From the NCBI GenBank assembly GCA_035538875.1, contig DATLJP010000052.1, positions 65-64,064 on the forward strand: DNA of 64,000 bases, in the 5' to 3' direction. Origin of the DNA: Chthoniobacterales bacterium. GTDB lineage: Bacteria; Verrucomicrobiota; Verrucomicrobiia; Chthoniobacterales; UBA10450. Below the pieces are notes generated by a model that did no database searches, had not been told where the DNA came from, and saw nothing but the letters and a program-made list of their open reading frames with translations. Both the position numbers and the translations under genes were made by a program. Positions within the stretch are counted from its first letter, which is position 1. Each line of letters begins with the position of its first letter. Below, one piece after another: positions 10,778-21,291 of this stretch.

Positions 10778-11338
10778 TCATACCTTCATGATCTCAGCTT
10801 CTTTGTGCTTGAAATGATCGTCGATTGATTTGATGAAACGGTCGGTAAGTTTCTGAATTTCATTTTCCAAATGGCGCGCGTCGTCTTCGCTGATACCGCC
10901 GCCAGCTTTCAGTTTTTTCGCTTCATCGAGACCTGTTCGTCGGTTGCTTCGGACGCGGACCCGGGCTTCTTCAGCCATCTTGCCTAACGACTTCGCCAAT
11001 TCCTTGCGACGTTCCTCAGAAAGTTCGGGAATCGGCAGCCGAATGATTTTTCCGTCTAGCGCAGGCGTGATGCCAATCTTCGATTCCTTGAGCGCGCGTT
11101 CAATGTTCTGAACCGTGCCGGCGTCGAATGGCTGCAAGACGAGCAGGCGTGATTCCGGTGTCGTAATTAGCGCGAGCTGTTTGAGTTTCATTGTCGATCC
11201 GTACGCCTGCACGTCGATGTTTTCCACCAGCGCGGGCGACGCTTTGCCCGTGCGTACACCGGAAAATTCGTGCACCAGATAATCGATGTTTTTTTCCATC
11301 GACATCTCGGCTTCAACAAGTATGTCGTCTCGGTCCAC
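10778..11338 (-). CDS. frr: ribosome recycling factor
   Basis: 186 aa with the typical RRF sequence (LVHEFSGVRTGKASPALVENI...) and the conserved frr-pyrH arrangement. Confidence 0.95.
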   Translation of the reverse strand: MDRDDILVEAEMSMEKNIDYLVHEFSGVRTGKASPALVENIDVQAYGSTMKLKQLALITTPESRLLVLQPFDAGTVQNIERALKESKIGITPALDGKIIRLPIPELSEERRKELAKSLGKMAEEARVRVRSNRRTGLDEAKKLKAGGGISEDDARHLENEIQKLTDRFIKSIDDHFKHKEAEIMKV

Positions 11339-11350
11339 GCGCGTAGATTG

Positions 11351-12091
11351 TTACTTCGGCTCCGGTTCGCCGCAAACCAGCGTGCCCACTTGTCGTCCGA
11401 GCACCGCCTCGCGCAAAATTCCGGGCTTGTACATATCGAACACGACAATCGGAATTTTGTTGTCCATGCAAAGACTGAACGCGGTCGAATCCATTACCCG
11501 CAGTCGTTTGCTTAGCGCTTCAGTGAACGTGATCCGGTCAAACCGCTTTGCGTTCGGATCTTTGTTGGGATCGCGATCGTAAACGCCGTCCACCTTGGTG
11601 GCTTTTAAAATCACGTCGGCGCCGATCTCGCTCGCGCGCAGCGCCGCGGTGGTGTCAGTGGAAAAATACGGGTTGCCCGTGCCTGCGGCGAAAATTACCA
11701 CGCGACCAAGCTCGAGATGCCGAATCGCGCGCCCGAGGATGAATGGCTCGGCCACGTTTTTCATTTCGATTGCAGTTTGCACTCGCGCTTCGACGCCCAT
11801 CTTTACGAGCGTGCTGCGCAACGCGAGCGCGTTGATTACCGTTGCCAGCATTCCCATATAATCCGCGGTCGTCCGGTCCATTCCACGAACTGCGGCCGAC
11901 GATCCGCGCCAGATATTTCCGCCGCCGATAACAATGGCGACTTGCACGCCAAGCTGGTTGACATCCCTGATCCGTTCCGCAATTTCGCGAACGACCGCCG
12001 GCGAAATGTTTTCCCGCGCCCCGCGTTCCTGAAGCGCTTCGCCGCTCAACTTGAGCACGACACGTTTGTAGGCAGGCGCCTCGGTCTTCAT
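11351..12091 (-). CDS. pyrH: UMP kinase
   Basis: [13 protein letters not shown] and [17 protein letters not shown] motifs. Confidence 0.95.
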   Translation of the reverse strand: MKTEAPAYKRVVLKLSGEALQERGARENISPAVVREIAERIRDVNQLGVQVAIVIGGGNIWRGSSAAVRGMDRTTADYMGMLATVINALALRSTLVKMGVEARVQTAIEMKNVAEPFILGRAIRHLELGRVVIFAAGTGNPYFSTDTTAALRASEIGADVILKATKVDGVYDRDPNKDPNAKRFDRITFTEALSKRLRVMDSTAFSLCMDNKIPIVVFDMYKPGILREAVLGRQVGTLVCGEPEPK

Positions 12092-12135
12092 CGCAGCGGG
12101 AATGAAACAGGAGAACGCCGCGTTTTGAAAGCAAA

Positions 12136-13038
12136 TTAGCGGATTGCCTGTCCTCGCAGAAAATCCGCAGCACTCATCCGACGCCTTCCTTCTAGCTGAA
12201 CTTCGTTTAGCGACAACGCACGATCGGACGCTGCGATCACAAGTTCCGTGTCTCGGCGCAAAATTTTCCCCGGCTTGCCGCCAAGATCGAAAATCGACGC
12301 GGCGAAAATCTTCAGCCTTTGATGTCTAAACTCGGTAAACGGGCCCGGCCACGGATTGTAAGCACGAATTTTCCTTTCGATGACATCGGCCGGTTCGTTC
12401 CAATTTATCCGACCCGATTCCCGATTCAGTTTCGGCGCATGAGTCGCAAGCGTTTTGTCCTGCGGAACGCGAGGCGCCTCGCCCGCGGCGAGCAAATGCA
12501 GCGATTCGAACAAAGCATCCGGGGCGATTTGTGCGAGCCGATTATGCAACGATCCACCCGTGTCTGTCGGTAAGATGTTGATCTTGCGTTGCAAGAGGAT
12601 GTCGCCGGTATCGAGGCCTTCATCCATGTACATCGACGTGATTCCAGTTTCGCGATCGCCCGCCGCGATCGCAGCCTGAATTGGCGCGGCGCCACGCCAG
12701 CGGGACAACAGCGACGCATGCAGATTGAGACATGCGATCTTCGGAATCTCGAGAACGGCACGCGGCAAGATCTGTCCGTAGGCCATCACCACGATCAGGT
12801 CCGGCGCGAGCGCGCGAATTTCATCGATCGCTTTTTGATCTTTGATCTTCGCGGGTTGCAAAATCGACATTTTGCTACCGGCAAGCGCCGCCTTAATCCG
12901 TGGCGGCGTGTTTTTTTTGTCACGGCCAACCGGTTTGTCGGGTTGAGTGGCGACTGCGACCAGATCGTGCTCGGATCTCTGCAGTGCGAGCAGCGTCGGC
13001 ACACCAATTTCGCCCGTGCCGATAAAAACGATGCGCAT
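12136..13038 (-). CDS. fmt: methionyl-tRNA formyltransferase
   Basis: [16 protein letters not shown] and [15 protein letters not shown] formyltransferase motifs. Confidence 0.9.
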   Translation of the reverse strand: MRIVFIGTGEIGVPTLLALQRSEHDLVAVATQPDKPVGRDKKNTPPRIKAALAGSKMSILQPAKIKDQKAIDEIRALAPDLIVVMAYGQILPRAVLEIPKIACLNLHASLLSRWRGAAPIQAAIAAGDRETGITSMYMDEGLDTGDILLQRKINILPTDTGGSLHNRLAQIAPDALFESLHLLAAGEAPRVPQDKTLATHAPKLNRESGRINWNEPADVIERKIRAYNPWPGPFTEFRHQRLKIFAASIFDLGGKPGKILRRDTELVIAASDRALSLNEVQLEGRRRMSAADFLRGQAIR

Positions 13039-13045
13039 CGCGCGC

Positions 13046-13309
13046 CTAACGAATTTGAGGCTTAAGTGGAATCCGTACTTGCCGACGAGGCCGCATCGCC
13101 TGGGCCATCATTTTTTCGCCGGCGGTCACTTCACGTTGGCCAACGGACGAACCACACTCGGTGCAGAGATAATCAAAAATCTCGCGATCAGGCAGGACTA
13201 AGAGCAGTCGCTCGCGTACTGGCGTCGTCGCCCGGCATTTTTCGCAATAGAGCGTGGACGCGGTAAAATTCTCAAACTGCTGCTGCGGCTCGTGCTGGTG
13301 CGGGCTCAT
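13046..13309 (-). CDS. small zinc-ribbon protein (hypothetical)
   Basis: 87 aa with CEKC...(23 aa)...CTEC four-Cys spacing. The start overlaps the adk 3' end by 38 nt. Confidence 0.4.
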   Translation of the reverse strand: MSPHQHEPQQQFENFTASTLYCEKCRATTPVRERLLLVLPDREIFDYLCTECGSSVGQREVTAGEKMMAQAMRPRRQVRIPLKPQIR

Positions 13310-13892
13310 TGCTTATCCCATTAACGCTCGCTAAAATGTCGAACAACACTTTCGCGGGTGGCTGCATCGCGTCAATGACCGTGATGCAATCTTTCGGATA
13401 ATAACTTAGCACTGGCTTCGATTCCTTTTCGTAAGTATCGAGCCGCTTTTGAATGACTTCCTCGTTCGCGTCATCGAGACGATTGTCCTTCAACGCGCGT
13501 TTCTTCAAACGCCGGAACAACGTTTCGCGATCGGGACACGCGAGATGAAAAACTTTTTCCACGTCGATCATGTTTCGCATGATCTTCGCCTGGTTCACGT
13601 TCCGCGGAATCCCGTCGAGCACCAGAATATCGATGTCCGGTTTAAACTTGTGCGCATCGACCGCGGCATCGATCGCTTCCTTCCAAAGCTCGACCGTGAT
13701 GTCGTCCGGGACGAGCTGACCTTTGCTCGAATATTCAAGAAATGCTTTGCCGAGCGGGGTGCGGGTGTCGATGGAGCGAAACACATCGCCGCACGGACAA
13801 TGAAAAAAGCGCGGAATGCTGCCGAGCGTCTTGCCTTGGGTTCCTTTGCCGCTGCCAGGCGCGCCAAACAAAATAAACGTGCGGTATTTCAT
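13272..13892 (-). CDS. adk: adenylate kinase family protein
   Basis: P-loop FGAPGSGKGTQ, then LVPDD and LDGIPRN motifs. 206 aa with a short Ala-rich tail. Confidence 0.8.
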   Translation of the reverse strand: MKYRTFILFGAPGSGKGTQGKTLGSIPRFFHCPCGDVFRSIDTRTPLGKAFLEYSSKGQLVPDDITVELWKEAIDAAVDAHKFKPDIDILVLDGIPRNVNQAKIMRNMIDVEKVFHLACPDRETLFRRLKKRALKDNRLDDANEEVIQKRLDTYEKESKPVLSYYPKDCITVIDAMQPPAKVLFDILASVNGISNEPAPARAAAAV

Positions 13893-13941
13893 CGTGAAAG
13901 TGCTTCGTTATACCGGACTCGCGTCGAATCGGGAAGGGAAG

Positions 13942-14196
13942 TTATTTTGCCGTGGCCGGGTCGATATTGACGCGTCGTCCGCCGCGATCGAACCGGACGC
14001 TGCCGTCGACCAAAGCGAAAATCGTGTAATCACGGCCGAGGCCGACGTTTTTTCCGGGCAAGAATTTTGTGCCGCGCTGGCGGACAATGATATTGCCGGC
14101 GAGAACCATCTCGCTGCCAAATCGCTTTACGCCGAGACGTTTGCTGACGCTGTCGCGGCCGTTCTTAACGCTGCCTTGTCCTTTTTTGTGAGCCAT
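13942..14196 (-). CDS. rpmA: 50S ribosomal protein L27
   Basis: [17 protein letters not shown]-terminus. Confidence 0.95.
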   Translation of the reverse strand: MAHKKGQGSVKNGRDSVSKRLGVKRFGSEMVLAGNIIVRQRGTKFLPGKNVGLGRDYTIFALVDGSVRFDRGGRRVNIDPATAK

Positions 14197-14199
14197 GGC

Positions 14200-14514
14200 T
14201 TAGGTTTTTTTGGATTTGGAGCCGCCGGTGATGCTTTTAATCTTCACCCGCGTGAGTTTGCGACGGTGACCGACAGTGCGGTGATAACCTTTGCGGCGCT
14301 TGTATTTGAACGCGACGACCTTTTTGTCTTTGCGCTGTTCGACAACTTCGGCCGTGACCTTTCCGCTATCGCTGATCTTGCCACCGTCAATGTGCATCAA
14401 CACTTCGAACGTGGCCGTTTTGCCCGGCTCAACGTCCAGAAAATCGACGTCGACTGTGTCGCCTTCCGCGACGCGATACTGCCGACTGCCAGTTTTGATA
14501 ATTGCGTAGGTCAT
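14200..14514 (-). CDS. rplU: 50S ribosomal protein L21
   Basis: MTYAIIKTGSRQYRV N-terminus, located directly upstream of rpmA. Confidence 0.95.
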   Translation of the reverse strand: MTYAIIKTGSRQYRVAEGDTVDVDFLDVEPGKTATFEVLMHIDGGKISDSGKVTAEVVEQRKDKKVVAFKYKRRKGYHRTVGHRRKLTRVKIKSITGGSKSKKT

Positions 14515-14616
14515 AAGATCTTTCCCGGGGAGAAAAAGCCGCGCAAAATCTCACAGAACGTGCCCTCTGACAAGCGGAAAGGACGGGCCTTCACCGAACC
14601 GCCACCGGCGATTGCG

Positions 14617-15285
14617 TCAATCGCCCCTACCTGAGATTATCAGCACGATTTCGCCCTTTGGCGGGTGGGATTCGTAATGCGCGAGCAATTCAGCCGCAGT
14701 GCCGCGGCGAAATTCCTCGAATTTTTTGGTCAGCTCGCGCGCAACGCAAACTTGTCGATCTTGCAGAATGTCGATTGAAGCCTTGAGCGTCTTCGTTAAT
14801 CGATAAGGCGATTCGAAATAGATCGATGTTTCCCCGCGCGCGGCGCCTCCGCGCAATTCACGTTCGCGTTGACCCCTTTTGACGGGTAGAAATCCGCCGA
14901 AGAAAAATTTCTCAGATGAAAATCCCGAGCCGACCAGAGCGGTCAGAATCGACGACGGTCCCGGAATGATCGTGAACGGCAGCTCTCGTTTAATGCATTC
15001 GCGGATCAATCGGGCGCCGGGATCCGAGAGTCCTGGAGTTCCAGCGTCGGTGACGAGCGCAATTTTTTCGCTCGCGGCAAGTCGTTCGACCAATTGCGCG
15101 GTTCGCATCGCTTCATTGTGCTCGTGGTAACTGATCAGCGGTTTGTTGATCTTATAGTGCTTCAGCAAGATTCCGGAGCGTCGCGTGTCCTCAGCTGCGA
15201 CAAAGTCGACCTCCTTGAAAACTTCCAGCGCCCGCAGAGTAATGTCGCCCAGATTTCCGATTGGCGTAGCGACGACGTAGAGCAT
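14617..15285 (-). CDS. rsmI: 16S rRNA (cytidine1402-2'-O)-methyltransferase
   Basis: MLYVVATPIGNLGDITLRAL...AEDTR tetrapyrrole-methylase-fold motifs. Confidence 0.85.
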   Translation of the reverse strand: MLYVVATPIGNLGDITLRALEVFKEVDFVAAEDTRRSGILLKHYKINKPLISYHEHNEAMRTAQLVERLAASEKIALVTDAGTPGLSDPGARLIRECIKRELPFTIIPGPSSILTALVGSGFSSEKFFFGGFLPVKRGQRERELRGGAARGETSIYFESPYRLTKTLKASIDILQDRQVCVARELTKKFEEFRRGTAAELLAHYESHPPKGEIVLIISGRGD

Positions 15286-15340
15286 GGCTTAGATAAAATC
15301 GGTTTGCGTCCCGCCGCAACGAGCACGTTCTTGCGGCGCA

Positions 15341-16183
15341 ATGCCTAATTCGCCAGGTGGCCGTTGGTCACGAAAAATAATTCGGTTCGTCGTCGGCTTT
15401 TGCGTTCTTTTTCTAATTGCGCTGTCGATTCTTTATTTCTGCCAGCACGCGGTGGTTTATCATCCGCGTCCGTACGACGAGAGCTATGCCTATAGTTTGC
15501 CGGCCGATGGTGTAGAAATCCGGTATACGGTCGCGAACGCGAAATATGTCGCGTATTACGTTCCCGGGATTCACCCAACGCCGAAACCGCTTTGGGTGGC
15601 ATTTTGTGGCAACGGTTCGCTCGCGCTCGATTGGACAACGATTCTGCGCCAATACTCGCCGAATGATGACGCGTTCCTCTTAATTGATTATCCCGGTTAC
15701 GGGAAAAACGCCGGCTACGCGACGATTGCGAGCACACGCGCGTCCGTGAACGCCGCGCTGAAAGCGCTGACTGCGCGACTTCAGACGGATGAAGATCGCC
15801 TAAGGCTGTGCACGATCGGCCACTCGTTAGGCGCGGCGGTCGCGCTCGACTTCGCGGCTAATCATCGCGTGCAAATGGTCGTTCTGGTTGCACCGTTCAC
15901 AACGCTGCGCGAGGAAGCCGCCACGTTTTTTGGTGATTGGATGGCGCGCATGCTGATCGAAAGTTACGATAATCGCGCGAATCTTTCTGCAGCTAGGAGA
16001 CGCAATCCCGATGCGCGCATCGCAATTTTTCACGGCATCAATGACGAAGTGATTCCTGTCAGAATGGGGCGCGAGCTTGCGCGCGAGTTTCCCTTTGTGG
16101 AATTCTTCCCGGTGAAAGGCGCGGATCATGTGAGCGTGCTCAATCACGCGCACGACGACATCATCAATTGGATGAATCGTTGA
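15341..16183 (+). CDS. alpha/beta-fold hydrolase with N-terminal TM anchor
   Basis: Nucleophile elbow GHSLGAA, with a late D and H (GADHV). Confidence 0.7.
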   Translation: MPNSPGGRWSRKIIRFVVGFCVLFLIALSILYFCQHAVVYHPRPYDESYAYSLPADGVEIRYTVANAKYVAYYVPGIHPTPKPLWVAFCGNGSLALDWTTILRQYSPNDDAFLLIDYPGYGKNAGYATIASTRASVNAALKALTARLQTDEDRLRLCTIGHSLGAAVALDFAANHRVQMVVLVAPFTTLREEAATFFGDWMARMLIESYDNRANLSAARRRNPDARIAIFHGINDEVIPVRMGRELAREFPFVEFFPVKGADHVSVLNHAHDDIINWMNR

Positions 16184-16502
16184 TTCTGTGGAACGGTCCA
16201 AGCTGTAGAGCGGATTTGGTGAACCCTTTATTCCAGTTCGATGACCGCCGCTTCCCCCGGAGCGACTGTTTCTTTCAATCGGGCGCTGGTCGCTGGCACG
16301 GCTATTCGTCAAATGACGATGGCGAATTTAATCGCCACAATCTTGGCCGCGAATATTTGATCGAAGCCGCCCGCGAGCACGCGAAAGAAATGGCCGTATT
16401 CGCGATCATCCTCGCTGCTGCGACGTGGCCTGTGATTTATATGATCTTCACGGTTGTGCAGGTTTTTCACAAAGCTGCCCGCTAGATCGACAGCGCGGAA
16501 TC

Positions 16503-19500
16503 TTAGCGCGGGCCGAGAAATTCGTCGCGGAATTTCGGCGTTGTTTCGGGAGCGAAGCCGTGGCGAGTGATGTTTTCTGTGACGACGCGGGGGACGACAA
16601 ATTGCAAGAGATAATCCGCGCCGCCGGCCTTGGTACCACCGCCGCTCATCTTGAATCCGCCAAACGGATGCCGACCGACGACCGCGCCGGTGCATGAGCG
16701 GTTGATGTAAACATTGCCGGCAATTATCTCGGCTTTAGCGCGTTCGATATTCGCCGGGCTACGCGAGAAAAATCCCGCGGTCAAAGCGAACTCAGTGCTA
16801 TTCGCGATTTGAAATGCTTCGTCGAGATCGCGCGCTTTAATCACGCTAAGCACCGGTCCGAAAATTTCTTCACACGCGATTCGATTCTTCGGATCGACAT
16901 TCGTGAAGATCGTCGGGGGAATAAAAAATCCTTTTTCTGGAACATCGGCGCGCTGGAAAGCGAGGCACGATTCATTTTTGCCGATCTCGATGTACTCGAG
17001 AATGTTTTTGTGCGCCTTGCCGTCGATCACGGGCCCAACCGTGATTCCCGGTTCTTCCGGATTCCCAACTCGCAAACTAGCCGCGGCATTCATCAAGCGT
17101 TCCATCGCGCGCGGATAAATTTCTTCGAGAATAATGAGCCGCGAACAGGCGGAACATTTTTGTCCCTGATAGCCGAACGCCGAATAAATCGTGTCGACGA
17201 TTGCTTCGTCGAGGTCCGCATCGGCGTCGATGATGACCGCGTTCTTGCCGCCCATCTCGCAGATCACCTGCTTGAGCTCGCGCTGACCTTCGCGCGTCTT
17301 GCCGGCACTCTCCCAAATTCGCAGACCGACTTCACGCGATCCAGTGAACGCAATAACGTCGACATCTTTGTGGTCGACTAGGTACGCGCCCATCACTGAG
17401 CCCTTGCCCGGCAAATAATTCAGGACCCCTGGCGGAACGCCCGCCTCCTCGAAAATCTCCATCAACATCGCGCCAACGACGGCGGATTGCTCGGCGGGTT
17501 TCATAATCACGGTGTTGCCGGTCACGAGCGCTGCGGTCGTCATGCCGGTCAAAATCGCGAGCGGAAAATTCCATGGCGCGATGATCATCGCGACGCCGCG
17601 GGGCCAGTAATGCTGATAACTTTCTTCGCCGAGAACGTGTTGCGTGAGTCGCGGTCGGCCGATCAGGCGCATCTGGTGCGCGTAAAACAAACAGAAATCC
17701 ATCGCTTCGCGGATGTCGCCGTCCGCTTCCGCCCACGCTTTGCCGACCTCAAAGACTTCCAGCGCGGAAAGTTCGTAACGCCGGCGATGCAAGATGTCGG
17801 CCGCGCGTTCGAGCAATCGGCATCGCGTTTCAAACGACGTCCATCGCCACTTTTCAAAGGCGTCGCGCGCAGCTTTGACCGCGCGTTCCGCCTCCGGAAT
17901 TCCAGCTTCGGCGACGTGTCCGACAACATCCTCCGGTGAACTAGGATTGATCGAAGCGATCGTTTTGTCAGTCCAAACGCGGTCGCCATTGATCACGAGC
18001 GGATATTTTTGTCCGAGCTGCGTGCGCACATGCGCGAGCGCTTCGCGCATGCGGTCCTGGTTTTGTTGATAAACGAAGTTCACGAGCGGCGCGTTTTCAT
18101 AAGTATCATCCGGCCGCGTGTCGAGGGAAGTGCTGTCCTCGCCAACATCCATACGGCGGGCGCCGTTCCAACTTTGCGTGACGAGTTCGGCCGGATCGCG
18201 CAACAGTTCTGCCTCGGAAACATTGTCGGAAAATTTCGCGCGCAAAAAGCCCTCGTTCGAAGTGTTCTCGAGCAAGCGACGAACGAGATATGCCATTCCG
18301 GGCAGGAGTTCGCCGACCGGGCTGTACTCGCGCACGCGATAACCCATTTTGACGAGCGCGCGTTTCACCGGACCTGCCATTCCGTAGAGCAATTGAAATT
18401 CGAAACGACTGCGATCGATCCCGAGCTGATCGGCCAGCGCTTGTGCGTACGCGATGCTGCGAACGTTGTGCGAGCCGAACGCCGCGGTCACGATTGACTC
18501 GTTCTCGAGCAAGATTCTCGTAAGCACTTCGAAATTGAGATCGCTCTCCGGTTTTTGGAGGAAGACCGGACAAGCCCAGCCGTTCTGGAGCGATCTTATT
18601 TTTTCGAAATCCCAATAGGCGCCTTTGACGAGCCGAACGGCGAAGCGCGTTCGACGTTCACGGCCCCACTCGAGCAAGTCCCGCAGATCGTCTTCGGCGT
18701 CCCGCAAGTAAGCCTGAATCACGATTCCAACATGCGACCAGTCGCGAAATTCAGGTTCGGTAAAAAGCGTTTTGAAAAGCTCTAGCGTGGAATTTTTGTG
18801 CACGTAACTTTCCATGTCGAAGTTGACGAACGCGCCGAGATCGCGCGCACGACGCAGAATCGGGCGTAGTTTTGGCGCTAGATGCGCGATTGAATCCGCT
18901 GGATCGGCCGGATTCATTTGAGAATAGAGCGCCGAAATCTTGACTGAGAGATTAACGACCGGGAATAAGTCGGCGTTCTTGCCGAGTGGATCGCTCCAGC
19001 CGCGGGTTTCACGTCCGAGATGCTCGAGTAATTCGAGGCAGCGCATCGCGTATTCGTTCGCCTCCTGCTCGCTCACCACCGCTTCGCCGAGAAGATCGAC
19101 AGTGAATCCGATTCCCTGTGCGCGGCGTTTGCGCAGCGTCTTTATTACGTCCTCGGGGTTTCGTCCCGCAATGAACTGCCGAGCCATGCCGGAAACGTTC
19201 CAACGCAGGAGCTGGCCGCTGATGAACGGCACGATTTTCGCCGCGCGCACGCCGGTTCGAATCAATGGTGCGTAACCGTTGCGCATATCGGCAAAATATT
19301 CGTCTAGGTGTTGGACGATATCGGTGCCGCGATGGAGCGATGCGAGAACATCAACCAAGCGAAATAGTTGCACTTTGAACTGCTCGTCGCGCATTGAGAG
19401 CGCCATCATGCGCTGGTAGAAGCCGGCCTTGCTAAAAAGCGGCTCAGGATGCTCGTCGACCAATTCGAAAATGCGTTCGCCGCGTCGTCGGACCTCGGCC

Positions 19501-19520
19501 TGCAAAGCGCCCATAGCCAA
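16503..19520 (-). CDS. putA: bifunctional proline dehydrogenase / L-glutamate-gamma-semialdehyde dehydrogenase
   Basis: 1005 aa. The N-terminal PRODH barrel is followed by an ALDH domain with EMGGKNA and GQKCSACSR catalytic motifs. Confidence 0.9.
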   Translation of the reverse strand: MAMGALQAEVRRRGERIFELVDEHPEPLFSKAGFYQRMMALSMRDEQFKVQLFRLVDVLASLHRGTDIVQHLDEYFADMRNGYAPLIRTGVRAAKIVPFISGQLLRWNVSGMARQFIAGRNPEDVIKTLRKRRAQGIGFTVDLLGEAVVSEQEANEYAMRCLELLEHLGRETRGWSDPLGKNADLFPVVNLSVKISALYSQMNPADPADSIAHLAPKLRPILRRARDLGAFVNFDMESYVHKNSTLELFKTLFTEPEFRDWSHVGIVIQAYLRDAEDDLRDLLEWGRERRTRFAVRLVKGAYWDFEKIRSLQNGWACPVFLQKPESDLNFEVLTRILLENESIVTAAFGSHNVRSIAYAQALADQLGIDRSRFEFQLLYGMAGPVKRALVKMGYRVREYSPVGELLPGMAYLVRRLLENTSNEGFLRAKFSDNVSEAELLRDPAELVTQSWNGARRMDVGEDSTSLDTRPDDTYENAPLVNFVYQQNQDRMREALAHVRTQLGQKYPLVINGDRVWTDKTIASINPSSPEDVVGHVAEAGIPEAERAVKAARDAFEKWRWTSFETRCRLLERAADILHRRRYELSALEVFEVGKAWAEADGDIREAMDFCLFYAHQMRLIGRPRLTQHVLGEESYQHYWPRGVAMIIAPWNFPLAILTGMTTAALVTGNTVIMKPAEQSAVVGAMLMEIFEEAGVPPGVLNYLPGKGSVMGAYLVDHKDVDVIAFTGSREVGLRIWESAGKTREGQRELKQVICEMGGKNAVIIDADADLDEAIVDTIYSAFGYQGQKCSACSRLIILEEIYPRAMERLMNAAASLRVGNPEEPGITVGPVIDGKAHKNILEYIEIGKNESCLAFQRADVPEKGFFIPPTIFTNVDPKNRIACEEIFGPVLSVIKARDLDEAFQIANSTEFALTAGFFSRSPANIERAKAEIIAGNVYINRSCTGAVVGRHPFGGFKMSGGGTKAGGADYLLQFVVPRVVTENITRHGFAPETTPKFRDEFLGPR

Positions 19521-19783
19521 AAACTAAACGCGCGTTCATCAGAGGTAAAGGCGAACGAATTCTTGAGGCGACAAAAAAATCGTGGGGATATGATCACTTT
19601 GAGAGGTCAATTCCGAAGCGGCGGTGTGAAAGGCCGCTGCAGAGCAGCTTAGATTCGGGGCAATATTAGAGGCATTTGCATGGCGACCCTGTGGGTCCTG
19701 TGGCTCGGGTCCGCTCAGGCAATTCCCCTTTTTCGAGTGATTGCAGTTTGCTGCTAGCACGGAACTCGATTAGCAAGATCGAC

Positions 19784-20815
19784 ATGCAGTTCAGTGGGGG
19801 GCATCACCAATTCGCGAGTGATAACACCGCGGGAATTTGTCCCGAAGTATTGGCGGCGGTCGAAGAGGCCAATCATGGCGCCGCGGAACCTTACGGCGCG
19901 GATGAAGTGACCGCTCGTGTTCGCCAACTAGTCCGCGATCTTTTTGAAACCGATTGCGATATTTATTTAGTTTCGAACGGAACAGCCGCGAATGCGCTCG
20001 CGCTCGCTCAACTTTGCCAGCCGTTTCACAGCGTCGTTTGTCATCAAAATGCGCACATCCAAACAGACGAATGTGGCGCGCCGGAATTTTTCACACGCGG
20101 CTCCAAGCTCCTGCTCGTCGGCGGCGCTGGTGCCAAGATCGACATCGACCAAGTCGAAGCTGTGATTGCGCGTCAACCCGAAGTGCACGCGCACAAACCA
20201 CGCGTGGTCAGCATTACTCAGGCAACCGAATTCGGCACGATTTATAGTAGCGATGAAATCCATGCCGTCGCTCAATTCGCGCGAAGGCGGCAAATGTTTC
20301 TGCACATGGATGGCGCTCGATTCGCAAATGCAATTGCCGCGCTCGATTGTTCACCGAAAGAGATCACCTGGAACCTTGGCGTGGATGTTCTCTGCTTTGG
20401 CGGGACAAAGAATGGCGCGGCCGGCGCCGAGCTGGTGATCTTTTTTAACAAAGAACGTTCTCGCGAATTCGATTATCGAGTGAAACAAGGCGGCCAACTC
20501 GCCTCCAAGGGACGGTTTTTAGCGGCGCAATGGCTTGGTCTTTTAACGGATGGCGTTTGTCTCAAGAACGCACAGCGTGCCAACGAGATGGCGCGCAAAC
20601 TAGCGGATCGCCTTCGTGCCGCGACGATCGACATCGTGCTGCCAGTTGCGGTAAATGCTGTGTTTGTCCGTTTGTCTGAAGAGCGCGTTCGCGTCTTGAA
20701 TTCGCGCGGCTGGTATTTTTACAAATTCATCGAGCCCGATGTTTATCGTCTGATGTGCTCGTGGGCGACGACTGATCGGGATATTGATCGGTTCGTTGGC
20801 GAACTGTTGCGCTGA
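19784..20815 (+). CDS. ltaE: low-specificity L-threonine aldolase (beta-eliminating lyase family)
   Basis: FASDNTAGICPEV and GTAANALAL motifs, with PLP lysine context FGGTKNG. The start is set at ATG 19784; the ORF track extends to 19676. Confidence 0.8.
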   Translation: MQFSGGHHQFASDNTAGICPEVLAAVEEANHGAAEPYGADEVTARVRQLVRDLFETDCDIYLVSNGTAANALALAQLCQPFHSVVCHQNAHIQTDECGAPEFFTRGSKLLLVGGAGAKIDIDQVEAVIARQPEVHAHKPRVVSITQATEFGTIYSSDEIHAVAQFARRRQMFLHMDGARFANAIAALDCSPKEITWNLGVDVLCFGGTKNGAAGAELVIFFNKERSREFDYRVKQGGQLASKGRFLAAQWLGLLTDGVCLKNAQRANEMARKLADRLRAATIDIVLPVAVNAVFVRLSEERVRVLNSRGWYFYKFIEPDVYRLMCSWATTDRDIDRFVGELLR

Positions 20816-20840
20816 AGGAAAGCAGTCTTATAGAAACGCG

Positions 20841-21228
20841 ATGAAGTGGAGCGTATGCGGGAGTGCGCTGGTTGCAATGGCATTCGTCGGTTGCGGCATT
20901 GGTCGCGCCATTACCGCGCCGGTGCGTTATGTTTTTAGCGGACCGGAGCCGACGCCTGCGCGAAGCACGTCGGACGTGACAAATCCCGGGCACCCTGTCG
21001 CGGGATCGGCCCGTGCAACGCCGCGAGTTGCAGCAAACAAACCGTCGCCGAAGCCTTTGCCATCCCGTCAGCGCAGCGCAATTTTCGGTAGCCAAACCCG
21101 TTCCGGGAAAGCCTGGTTTGGTTTTTAATCCATTTAATGCCAACGGCGGCTACATCGACGTGAGCGGCTTTGCGCCGGGCAGCAAGGTGAAAGACCCCGA
21201 ATCCCACCAAATATTTATCGTCCCGTAA
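20841..21228 (+). pseudogene. small lipoprotein gene apparently split across two reading frames (frameshift, or two overlapping ORFs)
   Basis: Frame A (20841..21128) opens with a lipoprotein signal, MKWSVCGSALVAMAFVGC. Frame B (to 21228) encodes a non-random C-terminal module, KPGLVFNPFNANGGYIDVSGFAPGSKVKDPESHQIFIVP, but has no signal peptide or RBS of its own. Confidence 0.4.
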
Positions 21229-21291
21229 CCCAGCGCCTATTCCGGCGATGGCAATGAACGTTAGCAGACCGCGCATGTCATATTTCGCAGC

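Noticed and set aside
13816-14634. 272-aa plus-strand ORF
   Set aside because: It lies antisense to rpmA and rplU, whose identities are unambiguous. Its Ala/Arg/Gly-rich, motif-free composition is typical of shadow ORFs in GC-rich DNA.
16168-16485. 105-aa plus-strand ORF after the alpha/beta hydrolase gene
   Set aside because: Only the last ~30 residues look like a TM helix and the rest is low quality. The evidence is not enough to call a gene, although a very small membrane peptide cannot be excluded.
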